Below, in pieces: positions 51,001-60,412 of a stretch of 64,000 nucleotides of DNA (positions within the stretch are counted from its first letter, which is position 1; the number at the start of each line of letters is the position of its first letter). Below the pieces are notes generated by a model. The model was not told where the DNA came from, searched no databases, and saw only the letters and a list, made by a program, of their open reading frames with translations. The position numbers were made by a program, and so were the translations under genes. Source of the stretch: an uncultured Chloroflexia bacterium (lineage in GTDB: Bacteria; Chloroflexota; Anaerolineae; Anaerolineales; UBA4823); assembly GCA_963709875.1 (NCBI GenBank), contig CAVPYB010000012.1, positions 392,320-456,319 of the forward strand, written 5' to 3'.

Positions 51001-51130
51001 CGTTGGCGTCGTAAGCGTAGCCGGTGGTGTGGCTTAGGGCGTCTGTCACCGAGATAAGGCGGTTGTCTGCGTCGTAAGCGTAGCGCGTCTCCAGCCCCAG
51101 GGTGTCGGTGACCACCGATAAATTGCCCAC
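48050..51130 (-). CDS. RHS/YD-repeat polymorphic toxin, 5'-truncated, with internal PT-linker/LamG-like insert and a 116-aa C-terminal tip
   Basis: Many YD repeats (YAYDADNRL, YEYDPLNRL...); RHS core end YLRARYYDPATGRFLTSDP ... VTYTDPSGL; tip 48053-48400 with HFHH at 48143-48154. The ORF opens at GTG inside a repeat, with an in-frame TAA immediately upstream. Confidence 0.85.
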   Translation of the reverse strand: MGNLSVVTDTLGLETRYAYDADNRLISVTDALSHTTGYAYDANGNLVGKTDANGVVTAYEYDPLNRLAAVVVNYRPGYIPDHETNVRREYSYDPAGNLLAIRDARAVLEGRQDVTSFVYDALNRLVSESDPLNHTQSYVYDPEGNLISTTDALNATTGYTYDPLGRLTAIDYPTPDADVFFDYNALGWRTVMTDGLGTTTWDYDDLGRVETISDPFSAVVGYSYDELGNRTGLTYPDLKSVSYQYDALDRLVQVSDWSLGITQYDYDPLGRLEQALLPNGVASSYGYDNLGQLLSLQHERSGQLLSSFDYGYDPAGNRVQAVEQVSYPETATPTPTATATPTSTPTATSTPTPTRTPTPTSTPTPTRTPTSTPTRTPTATTIPDPIFSDGFESGSFSAWSGYVSSLLLSVSPDAALTGQYGMQVMLYNSSLYVWDDLPALEPRYRARFYIDPNSISMGSSDIHTIFAGYPSSSSTNPVLRIQIRKVTGTSPYQVQVGIRRDNNTWVYSAWFGMTDAPHGIEIDWQAASAPGSNNGRLTLWMDGVQKADLTGVDNDQQRVDRVRLGAVDGVDPATRGTYCFDAFVSRRQSYIGPESFVMSCYGGGSSQSAGDPALNVVEKSPEFSTGLKGTLEMLAGEGISQTISYDYDRLNRLTSADYDSGELYHYSYDAAGNRLSETTRSGTTSYTYDYANRLTNAGGANYTWDDNGNLLSDGGYYYTYDHANRLIDYRPHLSQFSHKFYYNGLGDRLAYELTNGIFTSRVDYTLDLNNDLAQVLASSGTGDPSGSIYLYGLGRIAQETPTQREYFLGDALGSVRQLVDASGQVQLARSYEPFGEVLSSAGEAASSYAFTGEWSDPTSLIYLRARYYDPATGRFLTSDPFPGILHAPHTQQPYVYVANSPVTYTDPSGLFAPWDIVDIGSFLWSLYDFIECPSWGNAGWLALDVIGLLPVIPSIGLIGKIGKFDEVAKIASKVDELTELARLKYPKLAEKYHFHHIWPIYLGGDPNGIFCYVLIVHPLRSVGDNR
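49985..50146 (-). repeat. Pro/Thr-rich low-complexity linker coding repeats
   Basis: Encodes TATPTPTATATPTSTPTATSTPTPTRTPTPTSTPTPTRTPTSTPTRTPTATT. Confidence 0.8.
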
Positions 51131-51257
51131 CGGGTCATAGGCGTATTAGGTGACGATGTTGTACAGGTCCTGATAGTTCTGCAGGTGGCTGTCGCTGGCT
51201 TTCCTCGATAGGGAGTTGGCAGAATACAGCTGAAGGAAACAACCAAACTCCCGCGCA

Positions 51258-51410
51258 GGGCCTTTTTCTTCACGCCCGCCTGATCGCAGAGATTGGCGGC
51301 GTGCGAGATTTAGGTCTTCGGCTCTCGGCACTGGGCAGGCTCAAAGCTAGTTTTGAAGGAAGGGATTTAAACCCAGATGTCTTCAGCAAGCTCCTAATCT
51401 GATGATTGCT
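51258..51410 (+). pseudogene. relic of a doc-family toxin gene (internal fragment)
   Basis: Translates LFLHARLIAEIGGVRDLGLRLSALGRLKASFEGRDLNPDVFSK; 33 of 46 aligned residues are identical to Doc residues encoded at 45874-46035 (hand alignment, one 9-nt gap). Lacks the start and the Fic motif. Confidence 0.7.
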
Positions 51411-51610
51411 CGAAGAACTTTATCTCCCCCAGCACATTGCCAACCAGATCTAGGAGCCGCAAGACATCCTTCTTACTTTCTGCTGTCCGCCAGGTCCATG
51501 TCAAGATGCCTTCGTCCAGCCAGCCGACCATATATCCTGGAGGCTCTCCCAGGAACGTTTCCTCTCCCCTAACCCCTCTCCCTTCATCCCTTTCCCCTTA
51601 TAATTACCCC

Positions 51611-52355
51611 ATGCTCATCCTCTCCGCCGGCATGCCGCGCGCCGGCTCGGGCTGGTACTACAATCTGACCCACGACCTGGTGGTTGCCGGGGGCGGGCAA
51701 GACGCTCGCGGTATCCGCCGCCGCTACCACCTGGGGCGCGTGCTGACCGAGGTCAACTGCAATATCGGCGCCCTGACCCCCTGGCGCCTGCTGGCTGTCC
51801 TGGTGCCCTCCCTGCTGGGCAACACTTTCACCATCAAAGCCCACGCCGCGACCCACCCCATTCGCCCTGCGGCTTATCCGTGGCGACCTTCTGCGCACAG
51901 CCTACATCTACCGCGACCCGCGCGATGCCATGCTCTCCGCCTACGACAACGGGCAGCGTGCCCTGCAGAAAGGACGCCCCAACGCCTTCTCGCACCTGAC
52001 CGACTTCGACAAAGCGCTCGAGTTCATGCTCGAATACCTGCGCATCTGGGAAGCCTGGAACGGCTGTTCGCAGGCACTGCACGCCCGCTACGAAGACCTG
52101 CTCACGGATTACGATGGCGAGGCTGCCCGCCTGGCGGTATTCCTGGACCTCGACCCCGGCAACCTAGCCGTGCAGGCTGTACTGGACAAATACCGCCCCG
52201 AGCACGCTCGCGGCGCCCAGGTGCAGGGCGGGCAGAAGGGCATCCATTTCAACAAGGGCGTGGTCGGGCGCTTCCGCCAGCGCACCACCCCCGAGCAGCA
52301 GGAGCTGATGGCGGAGAAGTTCGGCCCGTACCTGCAGCGTATGGGTTACCGCTGA
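51611..52355 (+). pseudogene. sulfotransferase, one frame disruption
   Basis: MLILSAGMPRAGSGWYYNL (PAPS loop) ... then, after removing one C from CCCC at 51856-51859, THPFALRLIRGDLLRTAYIYRDPRDAMLSAY (RDPRD 3'-phosphate motif) ... KGIHFNKGVVGRFRQ. Confidence 0.65.
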
Positions 52356-52471
52356 GATCTGAGCCCCTTGCCAAACCCGGCGATTTTCCATGATAATAAC
52401 CCTGCCCGGATCGCCAGCGACCGGGACGAACGGTAAACAGCAAGTCCATATCTTCCGGACTCTACCTGACT

Positions 52472-53371
52472 ATGGAGGGTACCATGACCACACCCCTTGC
52501 CGGGTCCCCCGGCGCACCCTCGGAACGCAAGAAAATCACCACGCTCACCTTCCGCCGCAAGAAGCTGCGCGGCGAGGTGATCAGCATGCTGACCGCCTAC
52601 GACTACCCCACCGCCCTGGCGATGGACCAGGCCGGGATCGACTCGATCCTGGTCGGCGATTCGCTCGGCATGGTCGTGCTGGGCTACCCCAATACGCTGC
52701 CGGTCACCATGGACGACATGCTGCACCACTGCCGGGCGGTGGCGCGCGGCGCCCAGTACGCCCTGCTGATCGGCGATATGCCCTTCATGTCCTACCAGGC
52801 TTCGGCGGAGGAGGCCGTGCGCAACGCCGGTCGCTTCCTGCAGGAAGCCGGCATGGATGCCGTCAAGCTGGAAGGCGGCCGCGAGCGCGCTGGACGCTGT
52901 GCGCGCGATCGTCTCCGCCGGCATCCCGGTGATGGGTCACCTGGGCCTGACCCCGCAGAGCGTCCACCAGTTCGGCGGCTTCCGCCCGCAGGGACGACGA
53001 GGCGGCTGCCGCCCAGCGCCTGCTGGAAGACGCCCTGATCCTGCAGGAGGCCGGCTGCTTCAGCATCGTGCTGGAATCCGTCCCCGCCCGGCTGGCGAGC
53101 GCTGATCAGCCAGCGCCTGGAGATCCCCACCATCGGCATCGGCGCCGGCGCCGGCTGCGACGGGCAGGTGCTGGTCACCCACGACCTGCTGGGGCTGTTC
53201 GACCGCTTCACCCCCAAATTCGTCAAGAAGTACGCCGACCTGCACGGCGAGATGAAGCGCGCCTTCACCTCGTACATCAAACAGGTCAAAGAGCGCTCCT
53301 TCCCGGCCGCGGAGCACACCGTCGAGATGCTCGATGATGAGTGGCAGAGCTTCCTGGATGGGCTGCGCTGA
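52472..53371 (+). pseudogene. panB: 3-methyl-2-oxobutanoate hydroxymethyltransferase, about 3 frame disruptions
   Basis: [34 protein letters not shown]... in frame 2; [23 protein letters not shown] in frame 0; [21 protein letters not shown] in frame 1; IPTIGIGAGAGCDGQVLVTHDLLG in frame 2. Shifts near 52890, 52990 and 53100. Confidence 0.8.
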
Positions 53372-53402
53372 AGACCCGCGGCTCCAGGTCGGACTGATAC
53401 CC

Positions 53403-54337
53403 ATGACTCCCACTTCACCCCCCACTCCTCATCGTCGGCACCGGCGCGATGGCGTGCCTGTTCGCCGCCCGCCTGTCGGCTGCCGGGGTGCCCGTCGTCA
53501 TGCTGGGTACCTGGCAGGCCGGGCTGCAGGCCTTGCAGAGAACAGGGCGTCACCCTGGTCGAAGCGGACGGGCGCCAGCACACTTACCCGGTCGCGAGCG
53601 ACCGATGATCCGAGCTGCGTGCCGCGGGACGCAGCTGGCGCTGGTGCTGGTCAAATCCTGGCAGACCCGAGCGCGCTGCCCGGCAGCTGGCAAACTGTCT
53701 GGACGATGATGGCGTGGCGCTCACCCTGCAGAACGGCATCGGCAACCGCGAGACGCTGGTGGAACTCCTGGGCGCCGCGCGGGTTGCCCTGGGCGTGACC
53801 ACGCTGGGCGCCAACCTGGCCGCTCCCGGGCAGGTGGTCGCGGCCGGGGATGGCACGATCTCCCTCGGCGTGCACTCCCGGCTGGCACCCCTGGTCGATG
53901 CCCTGCAGTCGGCCGGCTTCACCGTCGAGGACGCCCCCGACCCGGACGTGCTGCTGTGGGGCAAGCTGGTGATCAACGCCGCCATCAACCCGCTGACCGC
54001 CCTGCTGCGGGTGCCCAACGGCGAGCTGCTGGAGCGCCCCACTGCCCGCGCCCTGATGGTTTCGCTGGCCCGCGAGGCGGCCGCGGTTGCAGCCGCCCAG
54101 GGCTATGCTTTAGACTACACCAACCCCGCTGCAGCCGTCGAAGCCGTCGCCCGGCGTACCGCCGCCAACCGCTCCTCCATGCTGCAGGACGTGCAGCGCG
54201 GCGCCCCCACCGAGATCGACGCCATCTGTGGGGCAATCGTGCGCGCCGGCGAGCAGACCGGCGTGCCCACCCCGGTCAACCAGCTGGTCTGGCAGCTGGT
54301 CAAAGCTCTATACAAAGAGTCGAACAACGAAGCCTGA
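53403..54337 (+). pseudogene. panE: 2-dehydropantoate 2-reductase, at least 4 frame disruptions in the first 320 nt
   Basis: Removing one C from the C6 run at 53418-53423 gives MTPTSPPLLIVGTGAMACLFAARLSAAG (Rossmann start). The later part is intact: LTLQNGIGN...WGKLVINAAINPLTALL...SSMLQDVQRG..TEID. Confidence 0.75.
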
Positions 54338-54354
54338 ACAAAACAGGACAAACA

Positions 54355-55194
54355 ATGCGAACTGTATCCGACATTTCCGAGCTGCACGCCGCCCGCGCCA
54401 CACTGCCCGAACCCACCGGTCTGGTTCCCACCATGGGCTACCTGCACGAAGGGCACCTCTCTCTGGTGCGCGCCGCCCGCGACGACTGCGCCAGCGTGGT
54501 GGTGAGCATCTTCGTCAACCCGACCCAGTTCGGTCCCACGGAGGATCTAGCAGCCTACCCGCGCGACCTGGCGCGCGACCTGGAACTGCTGGAGAGCGAA
54601 GGCGTCGACCTGGTCTGGATGCCGACAGCAGGTAGTATGTACCCACCCGGCTACCAGACCTGGGTCAGCGTGGAAGAGATGACCCTGCCGCTGGAAGGGG
54701 CGATGCGCCCGGGTCATTTCCGCGGCGTGACCACCGTGGTGGCCAAGCTGTTCAACGCCGTCCAGCCCGACAGGGCCTACTTCGGTCAGAAGGACGCCCA
54801 GCAGGCGCTGGTGATCCAGCAGATGGTGCGCGACCTGAACTTCCCGCTGGAGGTCGTGGTCTGCCCGACCGTGCGCGAGCCGGACGGACTGGCGATGTCC
54901 AGCCGCAACACCTATCTCGACCCGCAGCAGCGGCAGGCCGCCACCGTGCTGTACCGCGCCTTGAGCGCCGCCCGCACAGCTTATCGCTTGGGTGAGGCAT
55001 CCGGCGACCGCCTGCGCCAGGTCATGGCGGATACCATCAACGCCGAGCCGCTGGCCCGCCTGCAGTACGTCTCCTGCGCCGACCCGCAGACGCTGCAGGA
55101 GATCGAAGGGGCGATCCAGGACCGGGCTCTGCTCTCCATGGCGGTCTATATCGGCAAGACCCGCCTGATCGATAATATCCTCTTAGAAGGTTGA
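54355..55194 (+). CDS. panC: pantoate--beta-alanine ligase
   Basis: [16 protein letters not shown] (HxGH), [23 protein letters not shown]. Confidence 0.9.
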   Translation: MRTVSDISELHAARATLPEPTGLVPTMGYLHEGHLSLVRAARDDCASVVVSIFVNPTQFGPTEDLAAYPRDLARDLELLESEGVDLVWMPTAGSMYPPGYQTWVSVEEMTLPLEGAMRPGHFRGVTTVVAKLFNAVQPDRAYFGQKDAQQALVIQQMVRDLNFPLEVVVCPTVREPDGLAMSSRNTYLDPQQRQAATVLYRALSAARTAYRLGEASGDRLRQVMADTINAEPLARLQYVSCADPQTLQEIEGAIQDRALLSMAVYIGKTRLIDNILLEG

Positions 55195-55196
55195 AC

Positions 55197-55310
55197 ATGT
55201 ACAGCACATTGCTAAGATCGAAGATCCATCGCGTGGTGGTCACCGCAGCCGACCTGAATTACGAAGGCAGCCTGACGGTCGACGAACACAACCGCATCTT
55301 GAGAGGCTGA
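55197..55310 (+). pseudogene. panD: aspartate 1-decarboxylase, 5' stub only (37 codons)
   Basis: [30 protein letters not shown] matches the PanD N-terminus including the Gly-Ser self-cleavage site. It then diverges and stops; the coaX RBS follows directly. Confidence 0.7.
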
Positions 55311-55328
55311 ACTTACAGGAGGGGAGCC

Positions 55329-56093
55329 ATGCTGCTGACCATCGATATCGGGAACACCAATATCACCCTGGGGCTGTATAACGGCGAGACGCTGGGTCCC
55401 CGCTGGCGGCTGGCAACCGTCCACGACCGCATGCCGGACGAGTACGGCTTGCAGTTCCTGGGGCTGCTCTCCCATGCCGAGCGCACGCCCGCCGAGCTGG
55501 ACGGGATCTGCCTGGCCTCGGTGGTGCCGCCCCTGACCGGCAAGGTCGTCGAAGCCTGCACGCATTACCTGGGGCAGGAGCCGCTGGTGGTGGACGCCGG
55601 GGTAAAGACCGGCGTGCGCATCCTGTACGAGAATCCCCGGGCGGTTGGCGCCGACCGCATCGTGGATGCCGCCGCCGTCCAGCGCCTGTACGGCGGTCCG
55701 GCCTGCGTGGTCGATTTCGGCACCGCCACCACCTTCGACGCTATCTCCGCCGAAGGCGATTACCTGGGCGGCGCGATCGCCCCGGGGATCAACATCGCCG
55801 CCGAAGCGCTCTTCCTGCGCACCGCCAAGCTGCCGCGGGTCGACCTGCAGCGCCCTCCGGCTGCCATCGGGCGCAACACCACCCACGCCATGCAGTCCGG
55901 TCTGCTCTTCGGCTACGTCGCCCTGGTGGAAGGCATGGTCGCCCGCTTCCGCAAGGAGCTGGGACCGGAGATGAAAGTGATCGGCACCGGCGGGCTGACC
56001 GAGGTCATCGCCCGCGAAACCACGGTCATCCAGATCATCGCCCCCTGGCTGACCCTGGATGGGCTGCGCATCATCTGGGATTTGAACCAGTAG
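55329..56093 (+). CDS. coaX: type III pantothenate kinase
   Basis: MLLTIDIGNTNITLGLY, GADRIV, DFGTATTFD, GTGGL. Confidence 0.9.
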   Translation: MLLTIDIGNTNITLGLYNGETLGPRWRLATVHDRMPDEYGLQFLGLLSHAERTPAELDGICLASVVPPLTGKVVEACTHYLGQEPLVVDAGVKTGVRILYENPRAVGADRIVDAAAVQRLYGGPACVVDFGTATTFDAISAEGDYLGGAIAPGINIAAEALFLRTAKLPRVDLQRPPAAIGRNTTHAMQSGLLFGYVALVEGMVARFRKELGPEMKVIGTGGLTEVIARETTVIQIIAPWLTLDGLRIIWDLNQ

Positions 56094-56097
56094 GAAA

Positions 56098-56128
56098 GGT
56101 GCGACGCACTTTTGAAGTGCATCGCACC
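56098..56128 (+). other. near-perfect hairpin between coaX and tsaC
   Basis: GGTGCGACGCACTT-TTG-AAGTGCATCGCACC (one mismatch); no U tract. Confidence 0.35.
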
Positions 56129-56143
56129 GGATAAACGAGGCAT

Positions 56144-56758
56144 ATGAGGACGATCGTAATGCTTGCGGAACAGCCGCGTGCGCTGAAGATGGCGCACGAT
56201 CTGCTGTTGGGAGGCGGTCTGGTTGTCTTCCCCACCGATACCGTGTATGGTGTCGGGGCGCTGGCTCACAATCCATCCGGCATCCAGCAGCTCTACAAGG
56301 TCAAAGGGCGCCAGAGCACAAAAGCCATCCCCATCCTGCTCGGCGACCCGGCTGACCTGCCCAGGGTCACATCCACAATCGACGCACGCGTGCAGCGCCT
56401 GGCGGAGCGTTTCTGGCCCGGGGCGCTGACCCTGGTCGTACCGCGCCACCCATCCCTGCCGGAGGTCTTATCACCTTATCCCACCGTCGGCGTGCGCGTC
56501 CCAGACCATCCACACGCGCTGGCGCTGCTCAGGCTCTGTGGGCCGCTGGCAGTTACCTCCGCCAACCTGTCCGACCGTCCCAGCACAACTACCGTCCAGG
56601 AAGTGCTGGATCAGCTCGACGGCAGCTTGCCGCTCGTGCTGGATGGAGGCAGCACGCCGGGTGGGGTATCTTCTACAGTTGTGGATTGTACTCAGGAGCA
56701 GCTGGTCGTCCTGCGCCAGGGACCTATTTCGCTGGAAATGCTGCTGGAAGCCCTATGA
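56144..56758 (+). CDS. tsaC: L-threonylcarbamoyladenylate synthase (YrdC/Sua5 domain)
   Basis: VVFPTDTVYGVGA, KGRQSTKAIPILL, LTLVVP, TSANLS. Confidence 0.85.
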   Translation: MRTIVMLAEQPRALKMAHDLLLGGGLVVFPTDTVYGVGALAHNPSGIQQLYKVKGRQSTKAIPILLGDPADLPRVTSTIDARVQRLAERFWPGALTLVVPRHPSLPEVLSPYPTVGVRVPDHPHALALLRLCGPLAVTSANLSDRPSTTTVQEVLDQLDGSLPLVLDGGSTPGGVSSTVVDCTQEQLVVLRQGPISLEMLLEAL

Positions 56759-56867
56759 AGACCTTATTAAAGCCTTGCGGAGGCAAGATTTCTCACCTAA
56801 CTTTTATCTGCCCTTCAGGTTCTCTTCAGGTATATATGTAAAATAGTAAGTGCATTCTCCTCACTCA

Positions 56868-56923
56868 AAAACTGCGCTTAGGAGTTAGTTGCCAGGACTT
56901 CTCCCAAAGCGCAGTTTTGTTTT
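56868..56923. terminator. bidirectional terminator between tsaC and ppgK
   Basis: AAAACTGCGCTT (56868-56879) pairs with AAGCGCAGTTTT (56907-56918), with an inner GGAG/CTCC extension; followed by TTTTGTTTT on plus and TTTT on minus. Confidence 0.65.
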
Positions 56924-56928
56924 ACCGG

Positions 56929-57669
56929 TTACGGGCCGTGGTTGTGAGCTGCCAGTGCCGCGCCTACGATCCCAGCCTCATTGAGCAAGGCAGCCGGCAT
57001 GACCTCCGCTTCCACACTCAGGTAATGGAAGAACTTATCATGCTTCTTCGCCACCCCACCCCCCAGGATGATCAGGTCAGGCCAGAGCAGGCGCTCCAGG
57101 GTCAGCAGGTATACATCCAGCCGCTTGGCCCACTGCTTCCAGGTTAATTTTTCCAGCTTGCGGGCTGCATCCGAGGCGCGTGTCTCCGCATCTACACAGT
57201 CGATCTCGATATGCCCGAACTCGGTATTTGGGAGCAGATGCCCGTCGGTGAACATCGCCGTGCCAAGTCCCGTGCCAACCGTGACCACCAGCACCACGCC
57301 CATCCGGTCGCGCCCGGCGCCAAACGCCATCTCGGCCATACCCGCTGCGTCGGCATCATTGATCACATAAGTTGGGCAGCCGGTAGCATCGGTCAGCAAG
57401 TCGGAGAGCTGCGTGCCGATCCACTTCTTATGGATATTGGCTGCCGATCTCACCACCCCATGACGGACAACCGCCGGGAAACCAACCCCCATCGGTCCCT
57501 GCCAATCGAAATGCCTGACGATTTTTTGCACGACCTCGGACATCGGGCGCGGCTTGGCGCTCTCCGGGGTAGGTATGCGGTAGCGAGGCGCCAGCAGCTC
57601 CCCGCTTTCCAGGTCGACCGGCGCGCCCTTGATGCCCGATCCCCCGATATCGATTCCCATTACCTGCAT
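56929..57669 (-). CDS. ppgK: polyphosphate/ATP glucokinase (ROK family)
   Basis: [45 protein letters not shown]. Confidence 0.8.
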   Translation of the reverse strand: MQVMGIDIGGSGIKGAPVDLESGELLAPRYRIPTPESAKPRPMSEVVQKIVRHFDWQGPMGVGFPAVVRHGVVRSAANIHKKWIGTQLSDLLTDATGCPTYVINDADAAGMAEMAFGAGRDRMGVVLVVTVGTGLGTAMFTDGHLLPNTEFGHIEIDCVDAETRASDAARKLEKLTWKQWAKRLDVYLLTLERLLWPDLIILGGGVAKKHDKFFHYLSVEAEVMPAALLNEAGIVGAALAAHNHGP

Positions 57670-57683
57670 GCAATACCCTCCTT

Positions 57684-58091
57684 TTATCTTCCGATCTCAA
57701 CCGGGCAGATGGCGTCCGCTTCGATCTCAACCAGCATCTGTGGGTCGATCAAGGCGCTCACCTGGACCATCGTCGTCGCCGGTGGGTGGCCAGCGAAAAG
57801 CTCCCCATGCGCCCGGCCGTATTCCTGCCAGCGCGAGATATCCGTGACGTACATGCGCGTGCGCACCACGCAGGTCAGGTCCGCCCCCAGCGCGTTGAGC
57901 GCCTTCTCGATGATCTCGAAGCAGCGCCTGGTTTGGGCATAAGCATCGCCAGGCGCGAAGCAGCTTCCGTCTTCATTTACCGGGGCTGTCCCGGTCACAA
58001 AAATGCGCTCCCCGGCCCGCAGCGCCCGGCAGTAGCCCACCCGGGCTTCCCATGGGGCGCCAGAAAACGTGCGCTGGAAATCAGTCGTCAT
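57684..58091 (-). CDS. RidA/YjgF-family protein
   Basis: 135 aa from ATG 58091 (GGAGAAGGA upstream); [14 protein letters not shown]..., [16 protein letters not shown] are typical of the family. The ORF-track 360-aa ORF fuses it to feoB debris. Confidence 0.75.
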   Translation of the reverse strand: MTTDFQRTFSGAPWEARVGYCRALRAGERIFVTGTAPVNEDGSCFAPGDAYAQTRRCFEIIEKALNALGADLTCVVRTRMYVTDISRWQEYGRAHGELFAGHPPATTMVQVSALIDPQMLVEIEADAICPVEIGR

Positions 58092-58126
58092 ATTCCTTCT
58101 CCTATCGCCAGCCGCACCCAGCACGT

Positions 58127-60412
58127 TTAGGCCAGCAAGCGCCAGATCTGCGCAACGAAGAACGTGATGATAAAGCCCATCCCCAGCGGCAGCAGGGCGG
58201 CTAATGCAGTCCACTTGCGGCTGCCGGTCTCTTTGTACATGGTGTATATCGTGGTGCTGCACGGGTTGTGCACCAGGCTGAACAGCATCAGGTTGACTGC
58301 AGTCAGCAGCGTCCAGCCTCCGGCAACCAGCAGGCCGCGGACGGCGCTCTCCGAATTCAAGCTCGAACATGACTCCGGCGCCCTCGCCGACACCGCTCAC
58401 TCCGGCGACCAGCACGGTCAGCATCAGGATGGTTGGGATGACGATCTCGTTGGCAGGGATGGCGACAATATACGCCACCAGGATGATCCCGTTCAGACCG
58501 ATCAGCAGCCCAAATGGGTTGAGGAAATCGATCATATACTCGGCAATGCTGACACCGCCAATCTGCATGTTGGAGATCAGCCAGATGACCGCTCCGGCCG
58601 GAAGGGCAAAGACGATCGCCCGCCACAGGACGTAGATCGTGCGGTCGATGAGCGAGGTGTAGATGGTCTGCCAGACGCGCGGCGGTCGATAGGGGGGCAG
58701 CTCCAGGCTGAAGGTCGAGACCTCGCCGCGCAGCACGGTGCGGGACAGATCCCCACGAAACAGCAAAGGTCAGCAGTACCCCCAACATGGCGACCCCCAC
58801 CACCGCCATGGCAGAGATCGAACCCGGCCAGGTGAGCCGGCACCAGCATCCCGATGAAGATGGTGGCGATCAGGATCTGGGTCGGCCAGCGACCATTGCA
58901 CAGGGCAAAGTTGTTGGTGATGATGGCGATCAGCCGCTCGCGCGGGCTGTCGATGATGCGGGTAGCGATCACACCGGCAGCATTGCAGCCGAAGCCCATC
59001 ATCATGCTCAAGGACTGCTTGCCGTGCGCGCCGGATTTTCTTGAAGATATTATCCAGGTTGAAGGCCACGCGCGGCAGGTAGCCGAAATCCTCCAGCAGG
59101 GTGAACAGCGGGAAGAAGATCGCCATCGGCGGCAGCATCACGCTGACCACCCAGGCTGTCGCCAGGTACATGCCATCGATCAGCAAACCGCTCAGCCACC
59201 AGGGCAGGCCGATCGCATCCGCCAGGCTTGTGCAGCATCGGGTATATCGTATCGATCAGCAGCGTTGCCAGCCAGGCAGAGGGGACATTCGCCCCGACGA
59301 TCGTGATCCAGAACACCAGGGTGAACAAAGCAGATCATCAGCGGGAAGCCCCATATCCGGCTGGTGACCGATCCGGTCGATCGTGCGGTCCAGATCGAAG
59401 CGTCGGTTGCTCGCCGGGCCGGGTGACCGCCCGGTCGGCGATGCGAGCGGCATCGGCATACAGCGCTTCCATCAGCTTCTCGTGGAAATCTGCGCCCAAT
59501 CTCCCAGCGCAGCGCCTGGGCGGTGACCAGGATATCTTCTGGATTGACCGTTGGCTTGAGAGTTCATCAGGCCGCCTCCAGTTTCAGAGTCCTAGGTCCG
59601 GGGTGCTCTGCTCCAGGTCGCCGCGGCTCAGATCGCCCAGCTCGCCTTTGCGCAGCGCTTCGATAATCTCCTCATCACCATCCAGCAGGCGCAGCGCCAC
59701 CCAGCGGGCATTCGGCAGGCCGGGGTAGAGCTGTCTCGATCTGACCGACCAGTTGAGCAACCGCCTGCTTCAATTCCGGTGGTTCGTTCTGTAGGCGATG
59801 CGGCTTGCCGGAGACCTTGCCCGGTGGCGACTTCGCTCACCATCTGCAGCAGCTCCTGCAAGCCCTCACCGCTGCCGGGCCGCAGTAGGTACCACCGGCA
59901 CCCCCAGATCGCGCGCCAGGCGGCGGTGGTCGATCTGCAGGTCATACCGCCGGGCTTCATCCATCAGGTTCAGGCACACCACCGCCCGGTCGGTGATCTC
60001 CAGCACCTGCAGGACCAGGTTCAGGTTGCGCTCCAGACGGGTGGCATCGACCACCACGATGGTGACATCCGGCTGCCCGAACAGGATGAAATTGCGGGCG
60101 ATCTCTTCGTCCAGACTGGTAGCCAGGAGTGAATATGTGCCGGGCAGATCAACCAGCTTGTAGCGGTTGTCGCCATATTCGAAATCCACCTTCTGCACGG
60201 GATACTGTCTTGCCCGGCCAGTTGCCGGTATGCTGGCGCAGACCGGTCAGGGCGTTGAAAACTGTGCTTTTACCCGTATTCGGGTTGCCGGCCAGCGCCA
60301 CCACATAGTCCCAATCCTGCATGTCGACGCCCAGCTTGAGCAGGTTGGCTGCGTTGTGCGCAGGGCAAGTCTCGCATGCCGATTGGGTGTTTTTCTCAGG
60401 TTGAGCTTTCAC
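58127..60412 (-). pseudogene. feoB: ferrous iron transporter FeoB, at least 9 frame disruptions
   Basis: G-domain [34 protein letters not shown]. Membrane part [54 protein letters not shown]-terminus [11 protein letters not shown]. These occur in about 10 consecutive pieces in alternating frames. Confidence 0.8.

Noticed and set aside
51411-51610. Possible small gene or antitoxin remnant between the doc relic and the sulfotransferase
   Set aside because: Translations in all frames are short and featureless. There is no RBS-start combination and no similarity to the AbrB antitoxin at 45602-45853.
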